Assembly (NCBI GenBank): GCA_010015585.1 | Contig: ML975171.1 | From: Eremomyces bilateralis CBS 781.70 | Lineage: Eukaryota | Direction: 5' to 3' (one strand) | DNA: 50,712 bases | Shown here: positions 25,901 to 37,322 of the stretch, one piece after another | Numbering within the stretch: position 1 is the first letter of the stretch | Layout of the letters: each line of letters opens with the position of its first letter | Program-made: the position numbers and the translations under genes | Notes under the pieces: generated by a model | What the model saw: only the letters and a program-made list of their open reading frames with translations | Told to the model about the DNA's origin: nothing | The model's database searches: none

Positions 25901-26054
25901 CGCAGTGGAGGCACATTTAAGGGACGACATGAAAAGAAGTGGCTTGGCAGCGGATTGCGTTTTAAGAGTTATCTTGGCCGATGTTGTCTGCTGGATTGGA
26001 TGGGATGAAAACAGATGGCCGGAACTGATGAGGTTAGCCGATGCAAATGATTGA
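22908..26054 (+). CDS. Multidomain protein: isochorismatase-like domain + AlkB-like 2OG-Fe(II) oxygenase + degenerate GST-like C-terminus (1048 aa, intronless)
   Basis: N-terminal ALIVVGAQDDF...HYSAFHDTSL...LYICG...VYATAVDA...LVEDCLG. Central VPRLV, LNHVLIQLYRSGNDYISEHSD (HxD), IVNASFGALR, WLHGI, RVSLTFR. C-terminal GEYAILIYL resembles the GST-N ESxAIxxYL motif. Confidence 0.9.
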   Translation: MASSTFNDLLTQNAPQFQTRQALIVVGAQDDFLSPKGSLPVSQPPIPTLLSRIRSLVPAFRENAGDIIWVRTEYQEDRPVAGTEEASDDADNVVTDFSPRISTEEAGLGGVDDQDGNITALPSTPRKLRSSQSTGYLKSGPGRSRMRALEILKKYSARKSPNGAASVAARHSLEDEDELFLCRTPAKEPCFLPRTNGVEFAGPVRALVDKNADVLLTTSHYSAFHDTSLLMSLRAKLVTELYICGSISNISVYATAVDAAKHGMAINLVEDCLGYRKLWRHEEAVRQMTELMGAYTLTSSEILSDLLETPESDSRDLTEMLDHLTLQESRKQAPSRDSKSTEPIRTPGRTSSSVASSHRISRESNYSSKHMEIVDVTTIKDRPQSRTRDKAMAKHPGTERRHSDRTALLALEMQKAKAKLKDERREYVPNRVHIRTRQQKSRESMADERSGSASLPGSQSASRNGSLVALTPVEQPRSWGPINRKPPRSPTSPSTTVSSFHTAGANETRISGSKESLNRVPSTEDALRPSSHHNRRHHPNLSNLPTLGPGDKIGTGDSSILYDFMPSKSALYPTLSSFNIFSRLCAEVRWQRMFHATGEVPRLVCVQGISQDDGSHPIYRHPSDHVLPLMPFSPSVDAIRLEAEKRVGHPLNHVLIQLYRSGNDYISEHSDKTLDIVHGSKIVNASFGALRTMRLRTKKPEIATIARAESHPSTVPSTSSSDRVTQRVPMPHNSLFVLGPDTNATWLHGIQPDKRAPIDRSSAELAEGGARVSLTFRHIGTWVSGDENLIWGQGATARDKSEARKTIHGGEEAKKLIMAFGAENRSSEQNSWERFYGKRSDVLDLAEGRTEKMMVFLPASDPWAPSGERASRAERMVREYIHEAELDVEFIEAPTPVPVPVESKKEADKPRKDEAVSSTSILLRDIDAMHTEVTGEYAILIYLSRFYRTPTSSMQTKSHAATELERMFLLKDLDTALRLIESTDNTLQQGHLVERALDAVEAHLRDDMKRSGLAADCVLRVILADVVCWIGWDENRWPELMRLADAND

Positions 26055-26246
26055 ATTCTAAAACCGGAACTTTCGAGAATTGGTCGAAACATTTGATAAG
26101 CTTCTAAGAGAATTTAGATAGGAGTATGAAAATTCCACGTCCATCCCTGAGAGGGATGGTCGATCACTACCAGCAAGCTCTAAACTAGTACAAACCTACG
26201 ATTCCCGTCCTGCCCATTTATGACCTGTTCTTATTTACCCGTCCCG

Positions 26247-27700
26247 CTATTGTAGTCCCCACCCCGTCCCTGTGGTCTTTGGCGTTGTGGTCTTTGGCGT
26301 TGAGGTCTTTGGCGTTGTGGTCCTTGGTGCTGTGGTCCCTCCTCCGCCTGATCTTCTTCCGCCTGATCCTCCTCCGCCTCCGCCTCTGCTACCGCTGCCT
26401 TGCCGATAAGGATTTTGTTGGCGAAATATTATGCCACAAGGGTCCAGTTCGAAGCCAGCTGGGATAGCAGGATCCCGATGATCGTCATGCCTGAATAGAC
26501 GAATCAAGTTATTGGCCGTAGTGCGATCCTGCCTTTTGCAGCCGAAGTAGTCTCTTCCGGGTGCCTGGCGCACGATACCGACCCGACCATCCACTAGCGA
26601 GCGGATCACATCTTGCCCGCGTTGCGGCATAGTGGTCGTAGGGTCAGGTAAATTCCAGCGTTGTGAGGTTTCGGGATAGATTACATCGTATGGGCCCCAG
26701 AGGAGGGGGTGGAAATGTGGCTTGAGGTTCCACAAGGAGGCTGATCCTGGACTAATGGCTTCTGAGGTACTCATCGTCAGAGAGTATCGGCATTATGCCC
26801 TCAATACTACCACGAACAGTTTCTGGCCCAATCTGGATGATATCCTGTTCGAGGGCATAACCGTTCTCCAATTGACGAGATGTGAGGACCCATGCTTCAC
26901 ACCAATACCCATTATACTGCGACTTGACATTGTGATAGAGCATGGAAACGGCCTGAGCGGATGAATTCGGTGGTAAAGTTGCGGGGATTGTTTGGTGTCG
27001 GCTCAAACGGGCTAAAGAAAAAGCTTTCGAAGTCATCAAACCTTACCCCCCATATGGGCCCGAACTTGATCAAATGGTATTGGCAGTTCAGTGGGGAGGT
27101 CGCTCCGTTTCCACGGAAATTCCCGCCATGCGTCGAGGTAAGTCCGGCCCAAATGGTTGCTCCATATTTGTAGAAACCAAAGGGGTAGCAACAGGGAGTA
27201 CCTGTATTGGCGGTTGGCTTCCTCCCTGCTAGCCTCCCTGCTGGCTGATGGGTTTAGCAAGCGTCAGAAGGGAGAAAGCTCCATAAGAAGGACACGGCAG
27301 GTTTGGATTGATAGCCAAAGGGCGCGCGAGAGTGGTATTTAGAGGAAGACGATTCGGAGGCGGAAATTGATCGCCTGTGCCTGCCGTAGGCTCTGGATGG
27401 TCGATTCCAATTTCGTTGGTCGCCAGCCCGTGAGGAGACAATATCGGATATACGATTCGAGGTCCTCGGGTTTGTGCCTGGCCACATCCGGTGGGAATAG
27501 AACGGTTCCGGTCTGTGGGCGTGATATATTGGGTCCTTCTGGAAATATATTCGGGGCTTCTTCTGTACCCTCTCCCCCATAGCTCTTCTGCTTCTGTCAC
27601 CGTAGTTTCTCCAATCCCACCTCCTAACAGCCGCCTTCTCTTTCAAAGCTGTGCTCGTCGCAGTTGCAAGTACCTAGGCATCTGAGACTGGGCCATGAGG
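26247..27700 (-). pseudogene. Probable frameshifted gene relic of unknown family with Gly-rich/TPKTT tail
   Basis: Chain of abutting protein-like ORFs in different frames (27229-27600, 27036-27260, 26752-27039, 26247-26774). No convincing introns join them. Confidence 0.4.
26271..26338. repeat. 15-bp tandem repeat (TGTGGTCTTTGGCGT, ~4.5 copies) encoding TPKTT on the minus strand
   Basis: Read directly from the sequence; followed by CCTCCG-type Gly/Ser-coding repeats to ~26400. Confidence 0.85.
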
Positions 27701-28749
27701 ATGTTTCATGAAAAGATACTCAAAGACTCTGAAAAGCAGAAATTCACTCACAAAAGGTGCTAGAACGCCAAAGCAGCAATAAATGAAGACGTAAGGAATG
27801 ATAGTCGGTGAGAAGGGGGCATTGATGGTGGCTAGATGCATTCCGATGTTAACTAAAAAAGGTCTTGGTCGCCAGAATAATGCCCCCTATGGAATGCTGC
27901 TGCTTTCACCACCCAACAAAGCCCTAATAGCTCTTCACTGGTTGGCCTAATATTATTCTCGTTGAATAATGAGACCAAGATCGTACTGTTCAAATGAGAG
28001 AGGAATGGTTGAACTTCGCAAAATGCCGCAGGACCTTTGGTTGCTAATATCCCCTTCGCTAGCCATCTGGGAGGAGAGAGGAAGAGATGGGAAGAAGTTG
28101 AGCCCTTCGCCGTGACATCCTCCCCAGCCAGCCTTAAGGAGAGCCGTGATTTTTATGTCGCCTAATTAAAGGAGTATAAGACGATACTTTAGTTAAAGTA
28201 AGACGAGAAGAAAAAAGATCGAGAGTTTTTCATACCCCGAGGGCTGAGGATATAATTATGCCTCAAGGGCATCTCAGGAAGTGTGTAACACGTGACTATA
28301 GTTTCGTTAGGGTTTAGGCAAGCAAAAGGGAGTCCGTCTGGGACTTCGAGTTGGAGAAATCAAGGGTCATTCGCCTTGGACGTGCTCCTCCAGCCTGTCG
28401 AGGAGAATCGTATCGACAGACCAAACTGACCAAAGGAAACAAGGGAATTTCATATCATTTGAAAGGCAAATGAAAAAGCAAGTAATACTCGAAGGTTTTC
28501 GACGCCTGGGGAAACGCTTCAAGGTCATTAATTTCTTCCGTTCTAAATGGGCCTCCCAGGGAAGGGGATAAACCGCGCGTAAGATGCACGCCTACACAGC
28601 GGCGTGCGAATTTCCTAGATTTACAGTAGCTGACCTACTAAAATATAGCCATGTAGCAGTCTCTCATAGCGTAATAGTAGAAACTCCCCTGTTACTCCGT
28701 CCGAACGCCGTGTAGTCAACATTCTGCGGACCAGATGCAGCTGCCTTTT

Positions 28750-29634
28750 CTAAAAGATCCCGTTGACGATATTCGACCCGATCGTGGCACCAGCACCGAA
28801 TATCGCTGCGTTGCCCATCTTCTTCCCGAACTTCTTGCCCATTTCTTGCCCCTTGTTGGGGGCCTTCCCCTCCCCATTGCCCTGCTGGCTGACGTCCAGG
28901 GGCATGTTGCCGTAGTTATTCGAGTGATTCGGTTGGCCGGATCCGGGCGCGATACTCGGACCGCCTTTCTCCTCGATGACCTGCACGTAGGATCGTGGGA
29001 AGATGCCCTCCACGCCGGTCCGCTCGTTCCGGCCCTTCCACCAGTCTGCGTTCATATACTCGGTCACGGCGATCCGGTCGTTCGCTTGGATGGCGAGGTC
29101 GCCGGAATCGGTGGGCGTGTATGCGTAGAGAGCGGTGGCATGTGTTAGGGCAGGGAGGATGGGTGCGGAAGACGCAGGGGGCGGGGGACCGGAAGCGGAA
29201 TTTGGACCGGGATATGCGGGGGGGGCGACGCCGGAAACAGATGTGTCTTGGTTGTAGTAGCCGGTGGACTTTTCCGATATGGGATTCACCGAGAGATTGG
29301 AGAAGGAATTGGTGGGCGGTGGGGATATCGCTGGTGTTGTTCCGGTGCGTATGTTCTCTTTCGGGAGCTGGTTGAGAATCGAGTTAAGTTGGTCGGGAGT
29401 TATGGTGTGGTTGTCTGCAAGATATGCTAGTTCCTAGAACCCAAAGTCAGCCAATGGAAAATGAACATGCGATGAGTCGATTCAACCATGGGGGAGAAGG
29501 ATACAAGGCGCGTTTAGCCGTGTGTTGAGATCTTCATCTGAAGGGAACGAATCGACTTCATTGAGAGGACATACTGAGCGGATTGTTCTGATTGACCGAT
29601 TGGTCATGGCGACCTCGAATTCTTCGAATCCCAT
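28750..29634 (-). CDS. SH3-domain protein, LSB1/PIN3-like; 2 exons
   Basis: Exon 1 MGFEEFEVAMTNRSIRTIRS, intron 29434-29574, then ELAYLADNHTITPDQL. SH3 domain ATALYAY...GDL...ADWWKG...GIFPRSYV. C-terminal KKFGKKMGNAAIFGAGATIGSNIVNGIF is typical of Lsb1/Pin3. Confidence 0.92.
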
Positions 29635-30306
29635 TTTGCACTATTCGACAATTCCTTGAAATGAAAAGACTTTGATGTTTACTGCGGATTGGAGAATAAT
29701 CGCTGAAGAAGGTGATGGTTTTGCGTTGTATTGAAGGATGTGCATCATGACGCGGCGTCTGGGTTTCGTCGTAGTCTCGCCTCTCGGAGGTGGTCAGGGC
29801 TGTGTAGATTGATTTGCTCTTCCGGTGGTTCCACAACCACCTTAATACTATTTACTCTAGTTATTAATTTCCGGAACTTTCATCGATATGCAATCATGGC
29901 TTTGGATGTCGTAATATCATTATTTGTTGATTTTTTACTGGAAGTTTACTGCAAAGTATGATTTTGTTCAGGATGTTCTCAAGACGCTGCGAAGGATCAT
30001 GAATCTGGAATTTGCTACGAAAAACAATGCTTCCAGCCCTCCATATGCCCTTCTAGTACGGAGTACAGTATGCAAGTTCGGAATCACCTGCAAACGTCGG
30101 GGTTCAATGGGACACTGCATTTAGGTTGGAACTAGAACACTGTTCGACGTGCCAGGTTTTAGGATCTGAAGCAGTTGGATAGCATATAGTATTCCTCGGC
30201 ATCGCTGACACTTAAGATATCTCACGGTCTTACATGCATCAATAAACTCATCTTTCGTGATTTCAAAGTATCCTACTGAAGTTTAGCCTCAATACTTTGG
30301 TACAGC

Positions 30307-31218
30307 ATGCCTCTGGAACACGGCGAGCTTCCAACTAGAGAGGCATATGAAGATGCCGTATATCCTGAATTCTACGACATGCTTATTCCCAGACTGTTCA
30401 GCGATTCCAACACAAATGAAGACATTCGCCTCGCTGTCAATCAAATGAATGACATGCACGTTAAATCCGCCTCAGACCGATTCGCCATCCTCGATATTGG
30501 TACGGGAACGGGCCGTGCCGCGCTTGACCTTGTGAAGGCCATGCGGGCGGAGGAGACACTCCATGGAAACATCTTCGACATACTTCTATTGGAGCCATCG
30601 GCATCCATGCTTGTTGAAGCCGTCGCAAAACTCGCGGATCTCAGTTGCGCCACTTCGGCCAGCACGGATACCAGAGCAAAGATTGGCGATGTTCAGACCT
30701 TTCAAATTCTCGCCGAAGATCTTGGGGAGACGCTCAGCGACAAAGGACTTCTTGGGAAAATCGACTTCGCTATGTTCACCGCAGGCGGACTGAGCCACAT
30801 TACTGATGAGCAGGACCTACGACGATTCCTGAAGGGCACGGCGAGGTGTCTGAACGCCGACCACGGTCGGCTCATGCTCAGCATTTTGAACGAGTTCATC
30901 TCCGACCAGCTAGCGGAAGAAATTGAGACTGTGAACACCGATGAGACGGTTTGCTTCCGCTCTCAAAAGCACCCCGGCATGAGCATGACGAAATATCCAA
31001 CCAAGATGCAGATTGACCCGATGACAGGCTGTCGAACGGACTCGTTCGTGTTTGAAACGAAAGCAGCGGACGGTGAGGTGGAAAAGAGGATCCTTCAGTG
31101 GACAGTGCGGATGACCTACCTGAAACAGTGGGAGGAAATGCTCGCAGAATGTGGACTTACAGTCGAAGAGACAAGGCAGGGGAAAATCCAGAAATATTGG
31201 CTTCTCAAACGAGCATAA
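30307..31218 (+). CDS. Class I SAM-dependent methyltransferase, intronless
   Basis: Motif I ILDIGTGTGR, acidic post-I LLEPSASML, and later GGLSHI...RFLKGTARCLNADHGRL. Confidence 0.88.
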   Translation: MPLEHGELPTREAYEDAVYPEFYDMLIPRLFSDSNTNEDIRLAVNQMNDMHVKSASDRFAILDIGTGTGRAALDLVKAMRAEETLHGNIFDILLLEPSASMLVEAVAKLADLSCATSASTDTRAKIGDVQTFQILAEDLGETLSDKGLLGKIDFAMFTAGGLSHITDEQDLRRFLKGTARCLNADHGRLMLSILNEFISDQLAEEIETVNTDETVCFRSQKHPGMSMTKYPTKMQIDPMTGCRTDSFVFETKAADGEVEKRILQWTVRMTYLKQWEEMLAECGLTVEETRQGKIQKYWLLKRA

Positions 31219-33110
31219 ATTGGCGTCAGAAGGGTAGGGATGCGTGTCCATGTACGTACCTCTGATCGAATCGCGACTCTGCTGCTGATACCAATATAGA
31301 TCCTTTACGGCAGAGTTATATATGGTTGCAAATATTATCATGCAATAGGAACTGCTCCCATCGATAATGTGATGTTGCCGCAAGGCTAGCTCCCAGCCAT
31401 GAGAGTTGGTTCAATGCCTGGCTATCCACGATAGGACAGACGGCACAGCTGAAATGCAGCCTGATAAATACGGATTAATGAAATAGGTAAAAGGAAACCA
31501 TCTGCAGGTCGTCTTGCATGCATATCAAGAGACATGATCAATTCAGAATGCACTCGCTTTCCCTTGTACGCGCTCCGCTTCTGATTTGTCGGGAGACCTA
31601 GGAGAATAGGTCGGGGTATGTTGATCAACCTCTTTTGGATGACGCTCGCGTGGCCACTACATGCGAGAATCAAGGCTGTTTCCAATTATTCGGGCGAACT
31701 AGAATCAGCTACATGTAGTTCTCAGTTAAAGCAAAGGGCCAGACGGATCGGGTCTCTCCATTGTCATAAGCCCTGATGAATTGCGCATGCACAATCTGTT
31801 GCGCTGAGCCGTCATTTCAATTGGCCGAAAGAGGGAAGACAGACTGTATCACAACCCCCCTGCCATGGCTGATACGGAACTGTAGGCATATTTAACGAAG
31901 TATCGGCAGTATCTGGGATGGCGAGAGATGACGACTCCATCAGCGATACTCAAATGTTGAATTGTCCCGAAACCAGCAGCTCTTGCCGGGCGCTAAGGGA
32001 TGGCATATCATTGGGAAGACGATTGAGGCTTGGATTGCCGTTTCATCGATTTTGGGTCTCCCCACGCCGACTACACGGTGTTAGTTCTTGTTGAGAGGCT
32101 TCGCCAATGTCCCCTCGTTCCATTGACATTGAGTCTCTGGACACGGCTTAGACTCCCTCGTTGCGTTGCACAACCAATGCCCCATATGTCGATCATTGTG
32201 GGGGTCGATGAAAAGGCTGGTAGAGTCAAGTAGGGCTTAGACGGGGCGCAAGGGCCTGCTTTAACTGCTTGACCCCGCAGACCAAGTTCATATTCCCGCA
32301 AATGGTTAACGAGCCCTTCGTGTGGCCATAAGGTCATCTTATCCCTCGTCTGTCCTAATGTACCACCAGGGTACGACTGCGGCTGAGGTAGAGCAAAGGA
32401 CGAATGCTCTTTCTGACTTACTGACCCCCAACGCGTTTTCGACATGGCCCCCTCCGAATCCGACGACGACAGCAGGCCGGGATGAATCTTCTCTCGTACC
32501 TGGGATCAATTGGAAGAGTGACGAAAGCCGTAGAAGATACCATCAATCGGAATGAGGTGAACCTGGGATCTCGAATATTGCTGTGGTCCACGCCTTCACC
32601 TCAGTAAGATGCCTGGGAACTTCCGGGGTAATAACTATCTCATACACAGCTCTCTTCAAGCACCCCATGAACCCATTGCCAGTCTAATCACATTGAGGTG
32701 CTTCCGCATCCCTTCATCGCCCCATTGTTGGTTGGACTGCGTCTGCTCTGATTGCTGGACTAGGACTCATGAAACAGATAGAACTACCACCCGCAAGCTC
32801 AATCGGGGCGATGGCATGTCCATGAAGTGGGCAGTGTCGGGTACGGATGAACCCTTAAGCACCAGAGACTGGTTCCCGAAGACTCAATGTGAGCATCGCC
32901 ACGTTTCGAGGACGCCACAGGGTGCCATATCGGCCCAAGGGATTTGGGCAGCGGTCCTTTCACCGCCTAGTAGCAGATAGCCTGCCTACTCTCCACCTCT
33001 TAAAATTATGACTCTTCCTGCTCCATGACTGTCCCAGGTGGATATATTAGTGCCTCTCGAGGCGAGCTTGCCCTTTCTGGTGATAGTAAGAGCCCTTGCT
33101 AGCTGACACA

Positions 33111-34199
33111 ATGACGGATCGTCAAAGTGCGTGTACAATAGAGAGCTTCACGAGCTTGACTGACAGTCCCTTCGCCACAGCATCAACCTCCAGTTCTGGT
33201 TCGACTGGGACGCCGTCCATACCCAGTCTCCATCGCGACCAAAGTTGGACGGCTTACTGCCTTCGGTCGAGGGACTCCTGCAAAGACCTCGGAACGCTCA
33301 CTGCTATTAACCGTGCTAGCATGAAGATGACTCCGAACGGAAAGTCATCTTCTGCTGGCACACCGAGCGAATCTGTCTTCACACCCTCACCCCCCCCACA
33401 AAGCACCAACCCAACGAGCAGGTCATATTATTCGGCGTTGAGAGCCCGTAAGAGGGAGTTGGATGAGCATCTGGTTTCTCGAAGTTCTTCAGTCCAAGCT
33501 ACCAACGGCAGTGGATCGGATATCGAAGCAAAGAAACGCAAGCGTAGAAGGGATGCGGACCTAGAACTGCAGCGGCAGAGAGACATGGACTTGGCCGGGT
33601 TGATTGGAACTGTCACCAAGGAAGATTACGGCAGCTCCGTAAAACCGCCACGATCGAGCAGATCGTCTCGGCCTCGCTCACGTACTGAGGTCATCCAGGT
33701 TGTCCAAGTCCATGAGCCGGAAGGTCAACCCAGAGAGTTCTCGATAGAAACCTCGGCACAAAATCTTGGTAAGACCACTCGACTTTATCGTGATAGACAT
33801 ACTGAATTTTCACTAGGTCTTGGTCATCGTCAACGATCATTCAGCATGATCAATGACCCCCAAGAATCGGAAGAGGTATCCGAAGAAACACAGCAGGGTG
33901 CCGGTAATTCCTGGCTTTTGTGGACATGGCTGCTTGCCCTGTTGCTGTTTGCCGTCTTTCTTGCTGTGTGTGGCATCATGGTCTACTATGAAGTCGTGGT
34001 TGCCCGTCGTGTTGGCGGCGACCATCGTCGTCAGTCTAAGCTGCGGAGGGACGTCATGTTGATAGGGTCATTGACCCTTATGGTTTGCCTCGCAGGCATA
34101 GCAAGGCTCTCAAGAAGGACTTTGACGGAGACCTGCCTCATGCTTCTGGTCCTTCTCCTATTCCTCAACCTTCGCACAGAGCCCGAGCACATCCCCTGA
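33111..34199 (+). CDS. Hypothetical protein: Ser-rich N-terminus, basic patch, ~3 C-terminal TM helices
   Basis: ORF >360 codons. KKRKRRR basic stretch; hydrophobic segments WLLWTWLLALLLFAVFLAVCGIMVYY, VMLIGSLTLMVCLAGIA, CLMLLVLLLFL. Confidence 0.6.
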   Translation: MTDRQSACTIESFTSLTDSPFATASTSSSGSTGTPSIPSLHRDQSWTAYCLRSRDSCKDLGTLTAINRASMKMTPNGKSSSAGTPSESVFTPSPPPQSTNPTSRSYYSALRARKRELDEHLVSRSSSVQATNGSGSDIEAKKRKRRRDADLELQRQRDMDLAGLIGTVTKEDYGSSVKPPRSSRSSRPRSRTEVIQVVQVHEPEGQPREFSIETSAQNLGKTTRLYRDRHTEFSLGLGHRQRSFSMINDPQESEEVSEETQQGAGNSWLLWTWLLALLLFAVFLAVCGIMVYYEVVVARRVGGDHRRQSKLRRDVMLIGSLTLMVCLAGIARLSRRTLTETCLMLLVLLLFLNLRTEPEHIP

Positions 34200-35239
34200 G
34201 GCACCCATACCGTCCCGATTATGGTTTTGCACTTTTATATTCCAGCGTCTGTTCTTCGACTGTGCCGCGGCTACCAAGGCGCGTCGACTCATGGAGGGTT
34301 CATTTCGTATCGCGGTCTTTCGGTGCTGTGGTCGGGTTGTTTGGGGTCCACATCCTTCCTCCTCTTGTCTGGTTGCTGCGGATGTGCTGATTTCTTCCTG
34401 GGTATAAAAAGTTTCGATATTGTTCCCTTCACTAAAGGGGAGAACTGCGGTGCAACTGCCAATGGGTTTCAGAACGGGAGGATTCAAAACCGGAGGTTGA
34501 ACATCATGGTTCAAATGCGGGTCCCCTTCTCTACAGGTCGTCGGGGTATCGTCATGGTACTAGTAGATCGTGCTTCCCGGACTAGCCTCATTGCTGCTTC
34601 AGCATGGTTTAAGTTAGCCTCTGTCGAAATAAAACTCGAATAATATGTCTTATTTCATGTAAAAGCATTCTCAGGTCGATTAATTGCCTTCATGGTTATC
34701 GTACACAAGGTACTTCAGCGGGTTGAGGTATCATCTTAGGCGCTGGTCGTGGAGAGTGTTCGGGAACGCGTCACTTACTGTCCTTTGCTTCTGGGCTCTT
34801 ATCCGTAGGAATCCGGATGGTATAATATTTTGATCCCTGGATTTTGTCCTAATATGACAGATTTACCGACGGCTACCTGCTTCATGACAAGAGTTGAAGT
34901 CGAGAGCACGCGTGGCATGGTCGACGATTGTAACGTGCTGGGCGGAGTTCGTGGTATCGCAAGATTCAGACGCGTCGCGTTAAAGCCCCAGAGCTTGGAT
35001 GTTTCATTTCTCATCGTACAACACCAAGCTACCGGTCGTTGTTCATCATCAAAATTTAGGCCAGCTATTGTGATTTTCGCACAGGCAAAGTTCGTTTCAG
35101 ACATCCGAAATTGGCTGAAGCAGTCTATTGGGTGAAAGCTCAGCAACAACGCCCTACCACCACCCCGTCCTGCAGGGGCTTTAACTATCTGTAGTACCAT
35201 CGATGCATGAAACCATGAAGGCATTCCTGATGTGATCTC

Positions 35240-36883
35240 TCACTTCGATGAGAATACCAACTTGAACTTAAAAGTTATAGATCCATCCGAGTCAGTCACT
35301 GCCATCTCCTCACCATCTTCCACCAGGTCCGTCAGCCGCTTCAGCAGATTTGGTCTTGTCTGCTCCTCAAGGCTTGGAGGAGAGGGATAGTAGAGCGACT
35401 TATCATTCGTTCGGATGGTGGGCTTCTTGATTTGACTGCCACACGTATTAATACTGCTACACCATAGTCCTTTCGGGGTTGCGGATCCTTACGTTTCTGG
35501 CCTTGCGGCCAAGTCCTCCAGGAACTCGGCGAGCGTATTTGTTTCGTTCACATTAAGCTCCTTCGCAAGCGTTCCACAGACCGGGCAGTCATCCTTTTTC
35601 TCATGACGGAAGGTAAAAGTGTAAATGCCGTCGTCCCCGGTATACATCATATAAGTGTTGGCCTCCTCATCCTCCAGGTTCCCCAGACACGGATTGCAGG
35701 CTGTTGCAATCTTGAGCGCCTCGTTACAACAGCTAGCGGCAACGATCGCATTCGTGGAAGCAATAGCTGGAATGATGTTCTTGACAACCCCCTGGGTCAA
35801 GCTGTATGTGACACCTGAGATATTGAACTCTTGGGCCCTGTTGAGCGCTCGCCGGTAGAGCCAACTGATGTGATCCGGATCGTCAGTGTCAAGCATGTCC
35901 CCTATGCCTCTTTTAGTTCGAACCTCAAGAGTAGTGCACTCCAAACCTTACCTTTCCGCTCTTCTTCCCATGCAATGATATGGGCCCACTCGATGCAATG
36001 TTCCGGCTGCCGTGGTACGGTTGCAAGAGTGCACAGCGGTACCTGAACTCGTGGAGCGTGCATGTCCAGTTGACACTCCAAGCAAGAAGTCATGGTGGGC
36101 AACACGACTTTTGCTTGACCTTTGAAACCTTTTCAAGGATTGTCAGCCTCCTTTCAGACGCTGACTGCAATATATCTCACCTTCAGTTCCGCCATCAATG
36201 AGAGGCTTGTATGAATCTGGATTGTTCTCATCCACCATTCCCACCACTGTAGCATTAATCCACCGTCTTGCCTCTATGCTATCAAGCCCGCATATGATAA
36301 CATTGAACTGCATATAGTAGTTCTCATCTTTGTCTTGGATTTTGCCGTAATACGGTGTGATTTTGACGCCAGGAACTCGCCTTTCGACGAACTTAGCGGC
36401 CACGTCACACTTGGGTTTGCCAACGTCTGCGTGACGGAAAAGGAACTGTCTGTTCAGATTGGACACATCGATAATGTCTATCACACTTAATCAATCTTGA
36501 TAGACCGCACAAAGAACGCGAGGCTTACCCATGTCGATGACATGAATGTCTTTAAACCCGGAGAGAGCAAGATTCTTGAGGAGCTCACAACCTAGACCTC
36601 CAGCACCTCTACTTCAGGTTAGAAGATATTCCCCTTGATTACACAGCTGTAGCACATACATGACCCTGGAAAAATATGAGTTTCAATCCCTCAAGCATGG
36701 CGCGATGACAACATACAGTACTTTGAGCCTTTCCAGCGTCTCCAAGGTCTCGAGACCTAGGGCGGCCGCTGAGGACGTAAATGGGCCAGGACGCGTGACA
36801 ATACGCTTCAGATGCTCCCTAATATGCTTATTAGCAAGATTTTTTTCGATAATCCGATGAGGTATATTATCAGTACTTGCCAT
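35240..36883 (-). CDS. UBA3: NEDD8-activating enzyme E1 catalytic subunit; 7 exons including a 6-nt microexon
   Basis: Spliced [57 protein letters not shown], active site [35 protein letters not shown]. Introns 36666-36716, 36609-36659, 36478-36528, 36129-36180, 35902-35951, 35436-35492. Confidence 0.96.
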
Positions 36884-37322
36884 CGTTGTGAATGGGTCTC
36901 GTCCCCATTCAACGTTGAACTCATCGTAGATTTGGCGGCTGCCAGACGTACACAAGCAAACCTGTCGTTAAGGAACCACAGCAGATTTAAAATATTCTCT
37001 ATCTCGATTTTCGCTTTAGTGTAGGCTCACGGAGTCGAATTAAGAACGGGATAACTCAAGGTTATTTGTTAAGGAAGCTGGAGGTTGCTACGGGTCCGCA
37101 TTAGATGTGTGACAAATGGGGTTGCTGCCTCAACCCTGAATTCAGAATAATCAGATACATCAACCTGCAGCTCTTCAGCGTTTCGACTATTACCGACAGT
37201 CAGCCTTGAATCACGATCTTGTCTATTTCAAGTAATTAAAGTTGAATCGTTGTTTTCAGATGAAGGGGCATGGTGCAATTATCATCTTCCATCTACGTCG
37301 GTAACACCCGAACCATTTCAAG

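Noticed and set aside
26271..26400. Short tandem repeats considered as a CRISPR-like array
   Set aside because: No unique spacers, eukaryotic context, and the repeats encode a low-complexity peptide.
30307..31218. Methyltransferase as partner of the UGT (glycosyltransferase-methyltransferase detoxification pair)
   Set aside because: It is ~9 kb away and separated by unrelated genes, and nothing in the sequence links them.
31300..33050. Small ORFs in the long gap after the methyltransferase
   Set aside because: Mostly non-ATG or short, with no motifs and no coherent exon chain.
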